A DNA stretch of 64,000 nucleotides. It comes from Candidatus Woesearchaeota archaeon. GTDB lineage: Archaea > Nanobdellota > Nanobdellia > SCGC-AAA011-G17 > JACPIM01. Position numbers and translations under genes: made by a program. The notes under the pieces are model-generated. The model was not told the DNA's origin. It saw only the letters and a list, made by a program, of their open reading frames with translations, and ran no database searches. Positions 1 through 8,375 of this stretch are shown here, piece after piece (positions within the stretch are counted from its first letter, which is position 1; the number at the start of each line of letters is the position of its first letter). The stretch spans positions 258 through 64,257 of the forward strand of contig CAYWEX010000004.1 in the NCBI GenBank assembly GCA_964457785.1, written 5' to 3'.

Positions 1-217
1 GCCATATATCTATTTCATCTTCAGAAATATCTATTTTCATAACTCTTCCGTTAAGATACCCAAAATTAGAACTCCTTTCTAATACTTTTTGAGCTTCTTC
101 TTTTGTCATTGGTTTTGAATTATAAGCTAGAAAACCTAAACCCAGTGGTTTTGCAGCATTATAAAGTACAGCTAGAACATCTGCTTTATCAAGCCCAGTT
201 ATGTTTATTTTTTCCAT
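1..217 (-). CDS. hypothetical protein, N-terminal part only (continues past window start)
   Basis: ATG at complement 217-215 opens a frame that runs off the window edge: MEKINITGLDKADVLAVLYNAAKPLGLGFLAYNSKPMTKEEAQKVLERSSNFGYLNGRVMKIDISEDEIDIW. Absent from the track because it is truncated. No assignable motif. Confidence 0.5.
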   Translation of the reverse strand, partial: MEKINITGLDKADVLAVLYNAAKPLGLGFLAYNSKPMTKEEAQKVLERSSNFGYLNGRVMKIDISEDEIDIW

Positions 218-274
218 TTTTTATTTTTTGTTTCCTTATTTTTTGTATCTTCTTCCTTTATATTTTTTATTAAA

Positions 275-337
275 CCCTAGAAGCAAGCCCGACCCTTGTT
301 TTCAAGAAGAAGATAAGGATTGGGCTTAGCTTCCGGG
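275..337. other. GC-rich extended hairpin (about 20 bp of pairing, 17-nt loop) between the TrmB stop and the next gene
   Basis: CCC-TA-GAAGC-AAGCCC-GA-CCCTT (275-297) pairs with AAGG-ATT-GGGCTT-A-GCTTC-C-GGG (315-337). It is conspicuously G+C-rich against the AT-rich background. Confidence 0.5.
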
Positions 338-349
338 AAAAAGAGGTGA

Positions 350-1150
350 CTATTTAATGGTATCACAAAAACTATTGAACATACCTTCTAAAGATTTTGC
401 AAAAAATGGGGTATTTACCCATATTGCTGTATCATAGCTTTCATGTATATTCTTTTCATCATTAATCATAAACATAACATCTTTTCCATCAACAATAACA
501 AATCTTGTAAATAAATTAGGAATAATTTTAATTTGGAAAATATTGTTTAAATCTTTAATCTCTTTTTTTATTTCTTCTGTCATTTTTGGCAACGCAACTT
601 TTATTTTAACACCTTTAGCACCTAATTTTTTGAATCTTAATTTTAAAGCTTGAAGTTTTCTTAAAAATTCTTCAGAACTTGTTGCAATAGTAACATTTTT
701 TTCAGCATCTTGCAATAAAGAGCTTAAATGTAAATATATATTGTCTCTGCCTCTTATGCTTCCAGATAAAGATGTGTGGTCAATATGTTCAACACCTTGT
801 TTGAATAAAAGCTCTAAATCCTTGAATATTCCTTCTTCCCTTACATTATCTATGCTTTTTAATCTTGAATCTGCTTCAATTTGAATTGTAGTTTTAACTC
901 TTTTTAGAATTTCCTCAGGCTTGACAGCTAAATATTTGATTGGCTTTCCTAGTTTCATTATAATAAAACCTTTTTTTTCCAGGCTTTCAAGAACATCATA
1001 AGCTCTAGATCTTGGAACATTTCCAATCTCGCTTAATTCACCTGCTGTTGCTACACCCCTAGAAAGTAAAGCTGTCCATATTTTGACTTCATAAATATTT
1101 AAGTCAAAAGCTGCCCTTAACTTTTTTAAAAAGTGTTCTTGAACTATCAT
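350..1150 (-). CDS. TrmB-family transcriptional regulator
   Basis: N-terminal winged helix LNIYEVKIWTALLSRGVATAGELSEIGNVPRSRAYDVLESLEKKGFI is typical of TrmB. A roughly 170-aa C-terminal effector-like domain follows. Confidence 0.8.
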   Translation of the reverse strand: MIVQEHFLKKLRAAFDLNIYEVKIWTALLSRGVATAGELSEIGNVPRSRAYDVLESLEKKGFIIMKLGKPIKYLAVKPEEILKRVKTTIQIEADSRLKSIDNVREEGIFKDLELLFKQGVEHIDHTSLSGSIRGRDNIYLHLSSLLQDAEKNVTIATSSEEFLRKLQALKLRFKKLGAKGVKIKVALPKMTEEIKKEIKDLNNIFQIKIIPNLFTRFVIVDGKDVMFMINDEKNIHESYDTAIWVNTPFFAKSLEGMFNSFCDTIK

Positions 1151-1221
1151 TTTTGTTTTTTTCCTAATTTTATTACCACTCTACGATAGAAAACTAATAT
1201 ATAAAGCTTTCGTTTTTGTAC

Positions 1222-1238
1222 TTATCAGTAAGTGATAA
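1222..1238. promoter_or_regulatory. palindrome TTATCA-GTAAG-TGATAA upstream of the TrmB-family gene
   Basis: Perfect 6-bp inverted arms with a 5-nt spacer. It lies about 70-90 nt upstream of the TrmB ATG (1150) and upstream of a TATA-like CTTTATATA on the minus strand. Confidence 0.35.
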
Positions 1239-1258
1239 ATACTCTTAAGAATCAAAAA

Positions 1259-1612
1259 TTAAAATAAAGTGTCTTGTTTAAATGCTCGTTCTTTGGGTGA
1301 ATAATAGCCTTTCCTTGTCCTGTCAAAAACAGGTAGGTTTTCTGGTACAGAATTCACAACAGAATCTATCTCTTCTCCAGATAGTATTCTTTTAACATAA
1401 TCAGCTGCATCTCTTCTTAAGCCCTTAATCTTTAAAAGATCATTTTTTGTAGCTTTGCTTAAATCAGAAGGATACTCTAAAAAAGAAATAATAGAATTAT
1501 GTATATTTCCACTAATAGAAGGATTTTTTCCTTGAACAGCTAATCTAAACTCATATATTTTTGCGACTATGCTTTTATTCTTTTCTTTTATAGCAATGTC
1601 GTCTAAAGCCAT
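1259..1612 (-). CDS. hypothetical protein with a possible helix-hairpin-helix segment
   Basis: 117-aa ORF. LLKIKGLRRDAADYVKRIL resembles an HhH motif. Confidence 0.55.
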   Translation of the reverse strand: MALDDIAIKEKNKSIVAKIYEFRLAVQGKNPSISGNIHNSIISFLEYPSDLSKATKNDLLKIKGLRRDAADYVKRILSGEEIDSVVNSVPENLPVFDRTRKGYYSPKERAFKQDTLF

Positions 1613-1627
1613 TATAAAAAAAATAAT

Positions 1628-2752
1628 TTATTCTTCTTTTCCTTTTCCACTATTACTCTTTTCATCTGCCTTTTCTGAGCCTTTTGTTTCTAGTTCTTCA
1701 TTCTCTTTCTCTGTTTCTTGCTCTTTCTTTGCTTTCTCTAATTCTTTCTCGTTTTTTCTATCTTCCTTTCTTTTCTCAAGTTCTTTTATTTTTAACTCAA
1801 GTTCTTTCTTTTTCAATTCTTTTTCTCTATCAAGTTCTTTTAATTTCTGGTCATTATTGTCTTCTAAAGCCTTGAATACTTCCCTAAAATTTAATAACTG
1901 ATCAGCTCTTTTGATCAGCTCTCTTACACTGTCTAATTCATTATTTACAAGATTTATTTTAAGTTTTTCAAGAATTTCTTTTACTTCACTTAATCTAGCA
2001 TCCATAGCAGAAACATCTTTCCCTCTTTCTCTGTGTTTATTAGTTATATCAGTTAATTTAGCTAATTTTTCCTCTAGTCTCTCAACAGCTTTCTGGGCGT
2101 GTTTTTCTTTAATCTCTTCTACTTTATGCTTTTCTTTTAATTCATTTGTTTTTTGTTCTACTTCTTCATCAGTTTTCTTTAGTTCTTGTTTTATTCTTAT
2201 CTTTACTTTTTCTTTATTTTCTTTTACTTTAACTCTTGCTTCAGAAACATCTGTATTTAATGATTGTAAAAAATCTTTTAACTTGGCTAGTTGTTCTGCA
2301 TTTAATTTTCCTGCTAACTTTAAATCAATTTCAGTTTCAGCTTCTTCTATTTCATTAACCTGGTTTTCAATTTCAGCTTCTACTTCCAGTTCCCTGTCTA
2401 AAGCTTTTTCAGGTGACTGCTCTGAAATTGTGTCTAGGTTCTTTTTTACCTTTTCTAAAGTTTTTTTATGTTCTTCTTTTAATTTTTCTAAATTCTCTAC
2501 TTTTCCTTTTTTAATAGATTGTTTTGCTTCTAAAACTCTTTCTCTTGCATGTTCTAAACCCTTTTTAGCTTTATCAGCTTTATTTATTGTTAATAACAAA
2601 CTTAATTTTTCAGCTGCTCTGTCCAATCCATATAAAGCTGAGTCTGGAGTTACTCCACCCTCATTACTTTCAGTTTCTGTTTCCTGTGCATAAATAGGAC
2701 TTAAACCTATAATTAATAAAAATATCATCAAAATAGTTAAAATTTTATTCAT
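1628..2752 (-). CDS. secreted or membrane-anchored E/K-rich coiled-coil protein
   Basis: N-terminal signal/anchor MNKILTILMIFLLIIGLSPIYA. The segment PDSALYGLDRAAEKLSLLL resembles the DUF5667-type N-terminus (from memory). About 300 aa of E/K heptad-like repeats follow. GGAGG lies 8 nt upstream of the ATG. Confidence 0.8.
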   Translation of the reverse strand: MNKILTILMIFLLIIGLSPIYAQETETESNEGGVTPDSALYGLDRAAEKLSLLLTINKADKAKKGLEHARERVLEAKQSIKKGKVENLEKLKEEHKKTLEKVKKNLDTISEQSPEKALDRELEVEAEIENQVNEIEEAETEIDLKLAGKLNAEQLAKLKDFLQSLNTDVSEARVKVKENKEKVKIRIKQELKKTDEEVEQKTNELKEKHKVEEIKEKHAQKAVERLEEKLAKLTDITNKHRERGKDVSAMDARLSEVKEILEKLKINLVNNELDSVRELIKRADQLLNFREVFKALEDNNDQKLKELDREKELKKKELELKIKELEKRKEDRKNEKELEKAKKEQETEKENEELETKGSEKADEKSNSGKGKEE

Positions 2753-2763
2753 TTTAAACCTCC

Positions 2764-2790
2764 AAAAGTTAATCTTTTTGAAATTAAGCT
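2764..2790. repeat. copy D (reverse orientation, weakest) of the recurrent quasi-palindromic intergenic motif
   Basis: Minus-strand reading AGCTTAATTTCAAAAAGATTAACTTTT matches TTTCAAAAAG(G/A)TTAA of the copy at 53856-53880. Confidence 0.4.
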
Positions 2791-2821
2791 CTATTTAAAA
2801 CTTGTGAATAGAACTCTTAGA

Positions 2822-4036
2822 CTAATTTCTATAAGAAGATCCTCTTTCTCTTCTTTGTCCATATCTTTGTCTTTGAGAACCCCTCTGAAAAGATCCTCTT
2901 CTTTGTTCTGTATTTCTTTCAAAGTAAACTTTCTCATATTTGGGTGGTTCTTCTTTTTTAATCTGGATTCTTCTATTGCTTAAGACATTGTCAAAATTAC
3001 TATAGTCTTTTTCAATCAATAATATAATTGCTTCTCCACTTTCTCCAGCTCTTGCAGTTCTTCCTATCCTATGTATATATTCTTCAGAAGTTTTTGGAAC
3101 ATCATAATTGTAAACATGGGAAATGTTTGGTATGTCTAATCCCCTTGCAGCAACATCAGTTGCAACTAATACTTGTATATCTTCTTTTTTTAGTTGTTCT
3201 AATGCATATTGTCTCTTGTTCTGTGTCAAACCGCCATGAATAGACATTGCTCTAATTCCTTGTTTTCTCAAATTTCTTGTTAATAAATCAACTTCTCTTC
3301 TTGTTGCACAGAATACTAAAGCTAATCTAGAAGTTTCTTTTTTTAATAAATGAACCAATAAGGAAAATTTCTCATAATATTTAATATTATAGTATATTTG
3401 TTTTAATTTTGTTGGATCAACATGCTCAGCCCTTCCAACAATTATTGGATCCTTTAAATGTTTTTTTAAAATATGATTTACATTTTGTGAAATAGTGGCG
3501 CTAAATAACAATGTCTGCTTGTCTTTTGGGGTGTGCGTTAAAATTTTTTCAACAGCAATTACAAACCCCATGTCAAACATCCTGTCTGCTTCATCTAAAA
3601 CTAAAAATTTTATATTTTGAAAAGAAACAGTCTTTCTGTCCAAATGATCCTGCACTCTTCCAGGAGTTCCAACAACAATATCTGCTTTTTTAATATCTCT
3701 TATTTGTGGTTCAATGCTTACTCCGCCGTAAATACTGGTTGCTTTTGCATTTAGATATTTTCCAAAATCATTTAGCGCTTCTGTTACTTGTACACACAAT
3801 TCTCTTGTCGGAGTTAAAATTAATGCTTGAATTCCATTTCCAGGTTTTATCTTTTCAAGAATAGGTAATCCAAATGCAGCTGTTTTTCCAGATCCTGTTT
3901 TTGACTGGCCAAAAATATCCTTTCCTTCAAGAATTACTGGAATACACTTTTCCTGGATTTCTGTGGGCTCTTCATAGCCCATTTCCTTTACAGCTTTTAT
4001 TAAACTATGGTTTAAATTTAATTCTTCTAATTTCAT
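2822..4036 (-). CDS. DEAD-box ATP-dependent RNA helicase
   Basis: Q motif EPTEIQ, motif I GQSKTGSGKTAAF, Ia PTRELCVQ, Ib TPGR, II VLDEAD, III SAT, VI HRIGRTARAG. R/G/Q-rich C-terminal tail. Confidence 0.95.
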   Translation of the reverse strand: MKLEELNLNHSLIKAVKEMGYEEPTEIQEKCIPVILEGKDIFGQSKTGSGKTAAFGLPILEKIKPGNGIQALILTPTRELCVQVTEALNDFGKYLNAKATSIYGGVSIEPQIRDIKKADIVVGTPGRVQDHLDRKTVSFQNIKFLVLDEADRMFDMGFVIAVEKILTHTPKDKQTLLFSATISQNVNHILKKHLKDPIIVGRAEHVDPTKLKQIYYNIKYYEKFSLLVHLLKKETSRLALVFCATRREVDLLTRNLRKQGIRAMSIHGGLTQNKRQYALEQLKKEDIQVLVATDVAARGLDIPNISHVYNYDVPKTSEEYIHRIGRTARAGESGEAIILLIEKDYSNFDNVLSNRRIQIKKEEPPKYEKVYFERNTEQRRGSFQRGSQRQRYGQRRERGSSYRN

Positions 4037-4134
4037 TCTTCTTATTAAATAAATTAGAAAATTACCCTTTATAAAGTATATAGAAACAAGGGTTTTGTAT
4101 TTTGAAAGTCCAGATATCGATTTTAAAGAAAGAA

Positions 4135-4224
4135 TGCTCCCACCGGGATTTGAACCCGGATCTTAAGCGCGAGAGGCTCATGTCCTTTCGGTCTTTATAA
4201 ATAACCGGGTTAGACTATGGGAGC
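4135..4224 (-). tRNA. tRNA-Glu (anticodon CUC) with a 16-nt insertion (putative intron) in the D-loop
   Basis: Hand fold: acceptor GCTCCCA/TGGGAGC plus discriminator A. T-arm CCGGG-TTCAAAT-CCCGG. Anticodon arm TGAGC-CTCTCGC-GCTTA (anticodon at 4171-4173). D-arm GTCT-AACCCGGTTA-[TTTATAAAGACCGAAA, 4186-4201]-GGAC. No encoded CCA. Confidence 0.8.
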
Positions 4225-4283
4225 ATAAATAAAAAACTTTATATTATGATTTAAACTTTTCTAATAAAGAAAAAGGTGGAATC

Positions 4284-4511
4284 TTGAAGAAAATCATAAT
4301 AATCTTTTTAATATTGTTCGTAATTTCAGCTTATTTAATTAAATCCCATAATAATCTAGAGCTTACAAAAGCTGAAGATTTAGGCACTTTTATTAGCCTG
4401 TATTCAGGCTGGGTATTTAATATATATACGAATGTAAAGGATGTAACTGGATATGCAACAAAGAAAGAATGGGTACCAAAAGATTCTGCAAACACTACTA
4501 GTTCCAATTAA
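4284..4511 (+). CDS. small membrane-anchored hypothetical protein (TTG start)
   Basis: AAGGTGGA Shine-Dalgarno-like sequence 5 nt upstream of TTG. N-terminal TM helix IIIIFLILFVISAYLI. Confidence 0.5.
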   Translation: MKKIIIIFLILFVISAYLIKSHNNLELTKAEDLGTFISLYSGWVFNIYTNVKDVTGYATKKEWVPKDSANTTSSN

Positions 4512-4779
4512 ATTTCTTTATGCTTTTATTAAGGCAGTTTTAAAAACAGTTTTCTTGGATTTGTTTAGAAATATTAAAAAAGAAACAATTTATACATTTA
4601 ACAAGGAAGAAAGAATGAAAATCAAGCAAGAACTGGAAACAAAAAACTTGGTAAATTTAGTAAATGAAAGATTAAAAAGAGTTGAAAGATTAATTTATAG
4701 CATATTTCATGATCCTGATTATATTAAAAGAGATAAGGGAAAGCACGATTTAAAAGAACTTGAAAAAGAAGCAAAATGA
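4453..4779 (+). CDS. hypothetical protein, start uncertain (probably the ATG at 4615, giving 54 aa)
   Basis: The 5' part overlaps the previous ORF. The in-frame ATG at 4615 is preceded by AAGGAAG. Its stop overlaps the next start (ATGA at 4776). Confidence 0.45.
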   Translation: MQQRKNGYQKILQTLLVPIKFLYAFIKAVLKTVFLDLFRNIKKETIYTFNKEERMKIKQELETKNLVNLVNERLKRVERLIYSIFHDPDYIKRDKGKHDLKELEKEAK

Positions 4780-5474
4780 ACTTTATCAAAAAAATATTTG
4801 AAAATAAAGTGGATGCAGAAGTTCATAAGAATTTTAAAAGGTTTAGCAAAGGCATTTATGAAAATAGGGCTGTTGTTGAATTAACTAGAGGGAAAAAATC
4901 TGTAAAAGTAAAAACCAGCTTTGAATTTGCAGAAGATTTTGCAAGATTTCTGGCAAATACAATCAAGGATAAAACAAAAATATCCGGCGGTATAATAACA
5001 AAAAAAGACATCAGGCCAGAGTTAAATTTTGAAGTTGAGATGAAGCAGTTTGCTGGAGTTAAAACCTTTTTATTGGATAATGAAATGTCTAAAGATGAAT
5101 TAAGCAATTTATTCAGTAAATTTCCAGACGCCTTATTTTTATTGAGTTTCTCAACAGATTACGGGGCTTTAAAGACAAAAGTAAAAAGCCCTAAAGCAGC
5201 AAAGCCAGGAAAAGATAACGAAATTAAAGCAGATTTCTGTACATTTTCAACAGATGACTTAAATTTTGCAAAAGAATTTGCATTTGATGTTGAGGATAAT
5301 TTCAAGAATTTAAAGATAATACATACATTCATCATTAATGATTTTGTTATAGATGAAAAAGATAGAAATGATCCAGCTTTAGCTAGAATAAATGCAAAAA
5401 GAAAAGGCAAAATTGAAAGATTGATGGATATGGACGGAAGGCAGGTTAAAAAAGAAATTGATTTTTGTGCTTAA
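4776..5474 (+). CDS. hypothetical protein (232 aa)
   Basis: Long ORF, translationally coupled to the upstream ORF. No motif recognised. Confidence 0.7.
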   Translation: MNFIKKIFENKVDAEVHKNFKRFSKGIYENRAVVELTRGKKSVKVKTSFEFAEDFARFLANTIKDKTKISGGIITKKDIRPELNFEVEMKQFAGVKTFLLDNEMSKDELSNLFSKFPDALFLLSFSTDYGALKTKVKSPKAAKPGKDNEIKADFCTFSTDDLNFAKEFAFDVEDNFKNLKIIHTFIINDFVIDEKDRNDPALARINAKRKGKIERLMDMDGRQVKKEIDFCA

Positions 5475-5485
5475 GCCAATATATA

Positions 5486-5884
5486 TTAAATCCAACTTTC
5501 TGGTTGATAAAAACTAAGAAAATACTCTGGTTTGCCCATAATCTTTACAGGAAAATTCATTCCCCCACCATAGTTATGAACATTAAAGCCATTTTCTCTT
5601 AGCATTTCAGAAATTAACTCATTGCTTAATCTTCTCATTAAAAAAATTTCATACGAATGTAGGTCTCTTGGAACCCCAATTTTTATTCTCGCAACATTTT
5701 TATTTCTTAATAAATCATATACTTTTCCAGCAAAAACTAAATCTTCCTTATCTACATTTAGCTCTTCAAGTAATTTTTGCAGGCCCTTTCTTTCGAGAGT
5801 TTTTTCTGAAGTTGCTTGCTTCTCTTTGGGTTTTACCATAATTTTATTATAAAAATAATCTATAAAAAGATTATTATTCTGCAA
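5486..5884 (-). CDS. hypothetical protein (start possibly the internal Met at 5839)
   Basis: 132-aa ORF. Using MVKPKEKQ as the start removes the 11-nt overlap with the upstream gene. Confidence 0.55.
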   Translation of the reverse strand: MQNNNLFIDYFYNKIMVKPKEKQATSEKTLERKGLQKLLEELNVDKEDLVFAGKVYDLLRNKNVARIKIGVPRDLHSYEIFLMRRLSNELISEMLRENGFNVHNYGGGMNFPVKIMGKPEYFLSFYQPESWI

Positions 5885-6704
5885 GTAGATGTTCTTTATG
5901 CAAGAACAAACTTCTCAGGAAAAAATACATTGCATATAATTCCAAGGCAAATGGAAAATATCCCAAATATCCTAAAATTGGCATCTCAAATATCTTGAAA
6001 AACCCTAAAAAAGGAATATTATAATACCATTTTGTTATAGACCAATAATTCCAGAATTCCCAAAAAAAGCCCATAATAATTCCTCCCAATAATAAAGAAA
6101 GAGGAACTTCTAAATTTCTGTCTTTTAAATGCCCGATTATTGATGGTTGTTTATGCAGATAATTAATTGGGTCTAAAATAAAGAAAAAAGTTGTCCAAAT
6201 TAACGGATAAAAATATTTTGGATAAAATAACGGTAATAAAAAAGAAATTATGCCTAAAAACATCATTATATGAATAAGTCTTCTTGTAATTTTATGTTTC
6301 TTATGTAGTTTTTTCTTTTCAAATAAATGAAAACACCTTATTAATTCAACAGTTTCAAAAAAAGCAGGCAGTACAGTTGAAAAAGCAATTGTCTTCTTTA
6401 AAACATTTCCCAAAGCCAGCATTCCATTTACTCCATTATAATTCCAGTTCCCTAATCTTAGGTTTACTACCTCAAAAATCCACCAAAAAACAGCACTTGC
6501 AATTAACAACCCAAAAAATTGTTCAGGCCTGTTCGACAATAATGAATCTTTTCTTAACTTGTAAACTAAAGCATCTAAAATAAAGATATAACCAAACCAG
6601 ACTAGAGGAAAATACCATGAAGCAAAGGGCTCTATTTTATAAAAAAAATTTATTTCAACTAATAAAACTAGAATTATTCCAATAACACCGTACTTTTTAA
6701 ACAT
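5874..6704 (-). CDS. polytopic integral membrane protein, unknown function
   Basis: At least 7 hydrophobic helices. Aromatic-rich repeated motifs GNWNYNG and FWNYWSITKWYYN. Confidence 0.75.
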   Translation of the reverse strand: MFKKYGVIGIILVLLVEINFFYKIEPFASWYFPLVWFGYIFILDALVYKLRKDSLLSNRPEQFFGLLIASAVFWWIFEVVNLRLGNWNYNGVNGMLALGNVLKKTIAFSTVLPAFFETVELIRCFHLFEKKKLHKKHKITRRLIHIMMFLGIISFLLPLFYPKYFYPLIWTTFFFILDPINYLHKQPSIIGHLKDRNLEVPLSLLLGGIIMGFFWEFWNYWSITKWYYNIPFLGFFKIFEMPILGYLGYFPFALELYAMYFFLRSLFLHKEHLLAE

Positions 6705-6761
6705 CTATTTTTAATTATTCAATATATTATTTAAACTTTTAGATTAAAAAAATAAAGAAAA

Positions 6762-7091
6762 TTATCCCCAATTCGATAAGAGATCTGATAATTCTTTTCT
6801 ATCACTTAAATCTAATCTTAAATCAGACTTTCTGCTTTCAAATTCATCTGTACTATAATGCGTTTCTGTTGGTTTGCTTCTACTTATTCCTCTGGAACCT
6901 CTTGATTTCAATGTTTCGTATCCAGCGACTTGCCCTTCTGGACCAAAGAAATAGAATCCACCGACAACTCTTTGATCATCAACCCAAGGTCCTTTTCCAA
7001 AAACAACATCTCTAAATCCTTCTGCTTGCATTTTTAAAAATACTCTTTTATCACCATATAGTTTTATTGCGCTAAATTCTTCAGGTTTCAT
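6762..7091 (-). CDS. hypothetical protein
   Basis: 109-aa ORF. GGAGG-like sequence (complement of cctcc at 7099) upstream. Confidence 0.55.
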   Translation of the reverse strand: MKPEEFSAIKLYGDKRVFLKMQAEGFRDVVFGKGPWVDDQRVVGGFYFFGPEGQVAGYETLKSRGSRGISRSKPTETHYSTDEFESRKSDLRLDLSDRKELSDLLSNWG

Positions 7092-7163
7092 TTTGTTCCT
7101 CCAAAAATCTTAAAATATCTAACTACAGACATATTTAAAAATGTTTTTACTGGAATAGCCATT

Positions 7164-8066
7164 ATGATATCAATAATTATAACTTCATTTAAAGAACCCT
7201 TGACAATAGGCAAAGCCATAGATTCTTTCTTAAATCAAAGTATAAAAGAAAAATATGAAATTATAGTTAGTTGCCCTGATAAAGAAACTGCTGATGTAGT
7301 TAAAGAATATTCTAAAAAATATAAACAAATCAAGCATTTTCAGGACCCTGGGAAGGGGAAATTATTAGCCCTGAATATTTTATTAAAAAAAATTAAAAAG
7401 CCAGATATTCTAATATTAACAGACGGAGATGTTTATGTATCTGAAAATTCTGTAAATGAAATTCTAAATGCTTTTGAAGATCCAGAAATTGGTTGTGTAG
7501 CCTGCCGCCCAATTTCTTTAAATGAAAGAAACAATATGTTTGGTTACTGGTCTCATTTATTATTGTATGGAGCCCATAAAGTAAGACTAAAAAGAAATAA
7601 TCAAGGAAAATATATTACCGCATCCGGTTATTTATTTGCATTTAGAAACAACATTGTAAAGGAATTTGCAACTGATATTGCAGAAGATGCAATTATTCCT
7701 CATATATTTATGGTCGAAGGATATAAATTAAAATATTTGCCAGAAGTAAAAGTCTTTGTGAAATACCCTGATAATTTTAATGAGTGGATAATTCAGAAAA
7801 AAAGAGTTTCAAAAGCATATGTTAATATGGAAAAAACAACATACAAAGGCCAGCACGTTCCCAAAATGAAATCCTTTTTAAATGAGATAATAGAAGGAAC
7901 ATTTATTGCTTTAACTTATCCTAGAAATATAAAAGAGGTTTATTATACATTGATGTTGTTTCCAGCTCGTTTGTATATGTGGCTAAGGGTTTATTATGAA
8001 TCTAAAATAAAAAAGCAGCTTCATACAGACGCCTGGAAAAGAATAGAAAGTACAAAAAAAGTTTAG
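7164..8066 (+). CDS. family 2 glycosyltransferase
   Basis: N-terminal ISIIITSFKEP, then a DxD-like LTDGDV. GT-A fold pattern. Confidence 0.85.
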   Translation: MISIIITSFKEPLTIGKAIDSFLNQSIKEKYEIIVSCPDKETADVVKEYSKKYKQIKHFQDPGKGKLLALNILLKKIKKPDILILTDGDVYVSENSVNEILNAFEDPEIGCVACRPISLNERNNMFGYWSHLLLYGAHKVRLKRNNQGKYITASGYLFAFRNNIVKEFATDIAEDAIIPHIFMVEGYKLKYLPEVKVFVKYPDNFNEWIIQKKRVSKAYVNMEKTTYKGQHVPKMKSFLNEIIEGTFIALTYPRNIKEVYYTLMLFPARLYMWLRVYYESKIKKQLHTDAWKRIESTKKV

Positions 8067-8069
8067 AAA

Positions 8070-8375
8070 ATGACAGAAAAAAAATTAGATTATATCCTGC
8101 GTGAAGAAATGGATTTTGGTTTTAGTGAAACAGAAAGAACTTCAATAAAAGAGGGTGTTAGATCAAAAAGGCCATATTTTTTTTGTTGGCGTCCTAATGC
8201 AAGAGCCATAGATATTGTAACTATTGGCAATTTCGCTGATGTAGCTACTTTAAAGCTTTATAGAGTAAGCTTGTTTGATTTATCTAAAGGAATTGATTTG
8301 GATAATGAGCCTTTCTCTTTAAATGGAAATGAAGCATTGCAATTTTTAAAACAGTCTTATCCAGAACAAAAATGA
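8070..8375 (+). CDS. hypothetical protein
   Basis: 101-aa ORF packed between the GT2 and GT-C genes. Its stop overlaps the next start (ATGA). Confidence 0.6.
   Translation: MTEKKLDYILREEMDFGFSETERTSIKEGVRSKRPYFFCWRPNARAIDIVTIGNFADVATLKLYRVSLFDLSKGIDLDNEPFSLNGNEALQFLKQSYPEQK

Noticed and set aside
357-437. 26-aa plus-strand ORF preceded by a near-perfect Shine-Dalgarno-like GAGGTGA (343-349) at 7-nt spacing.
   Set aside because: It is antisense to the 3' end of the TrmB-family gene and very short. The GAGGTGA is more simply read as flanking sequence of the adjacent GC-rich hairpin region.
1569-2693. Track ORFs 1569-1901, 1684-1875 and 1911-2693 on the plus strand (S/F/L-rich translations).
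   Set aside because: They are antisense to the E/K-rich coiled-coil gene 1628-2752. The GAA/AAA-rich sense strand leaves the reverse frames free of stops. The low-complexity composition and lack of start context make them artefacts.
4135-4224. Reading the 90-nt tRNA as a class II tRNA-Leu(UAA), because of its length and a CTTAAGA heptamer.
   Set aside because: The CTTAAGA segment abuts the T-arm, leaving no room for a 3' anticodon stem or a long variable arm. The Glu(CUC) fold with a D-loop insertion satisfies all four arms.
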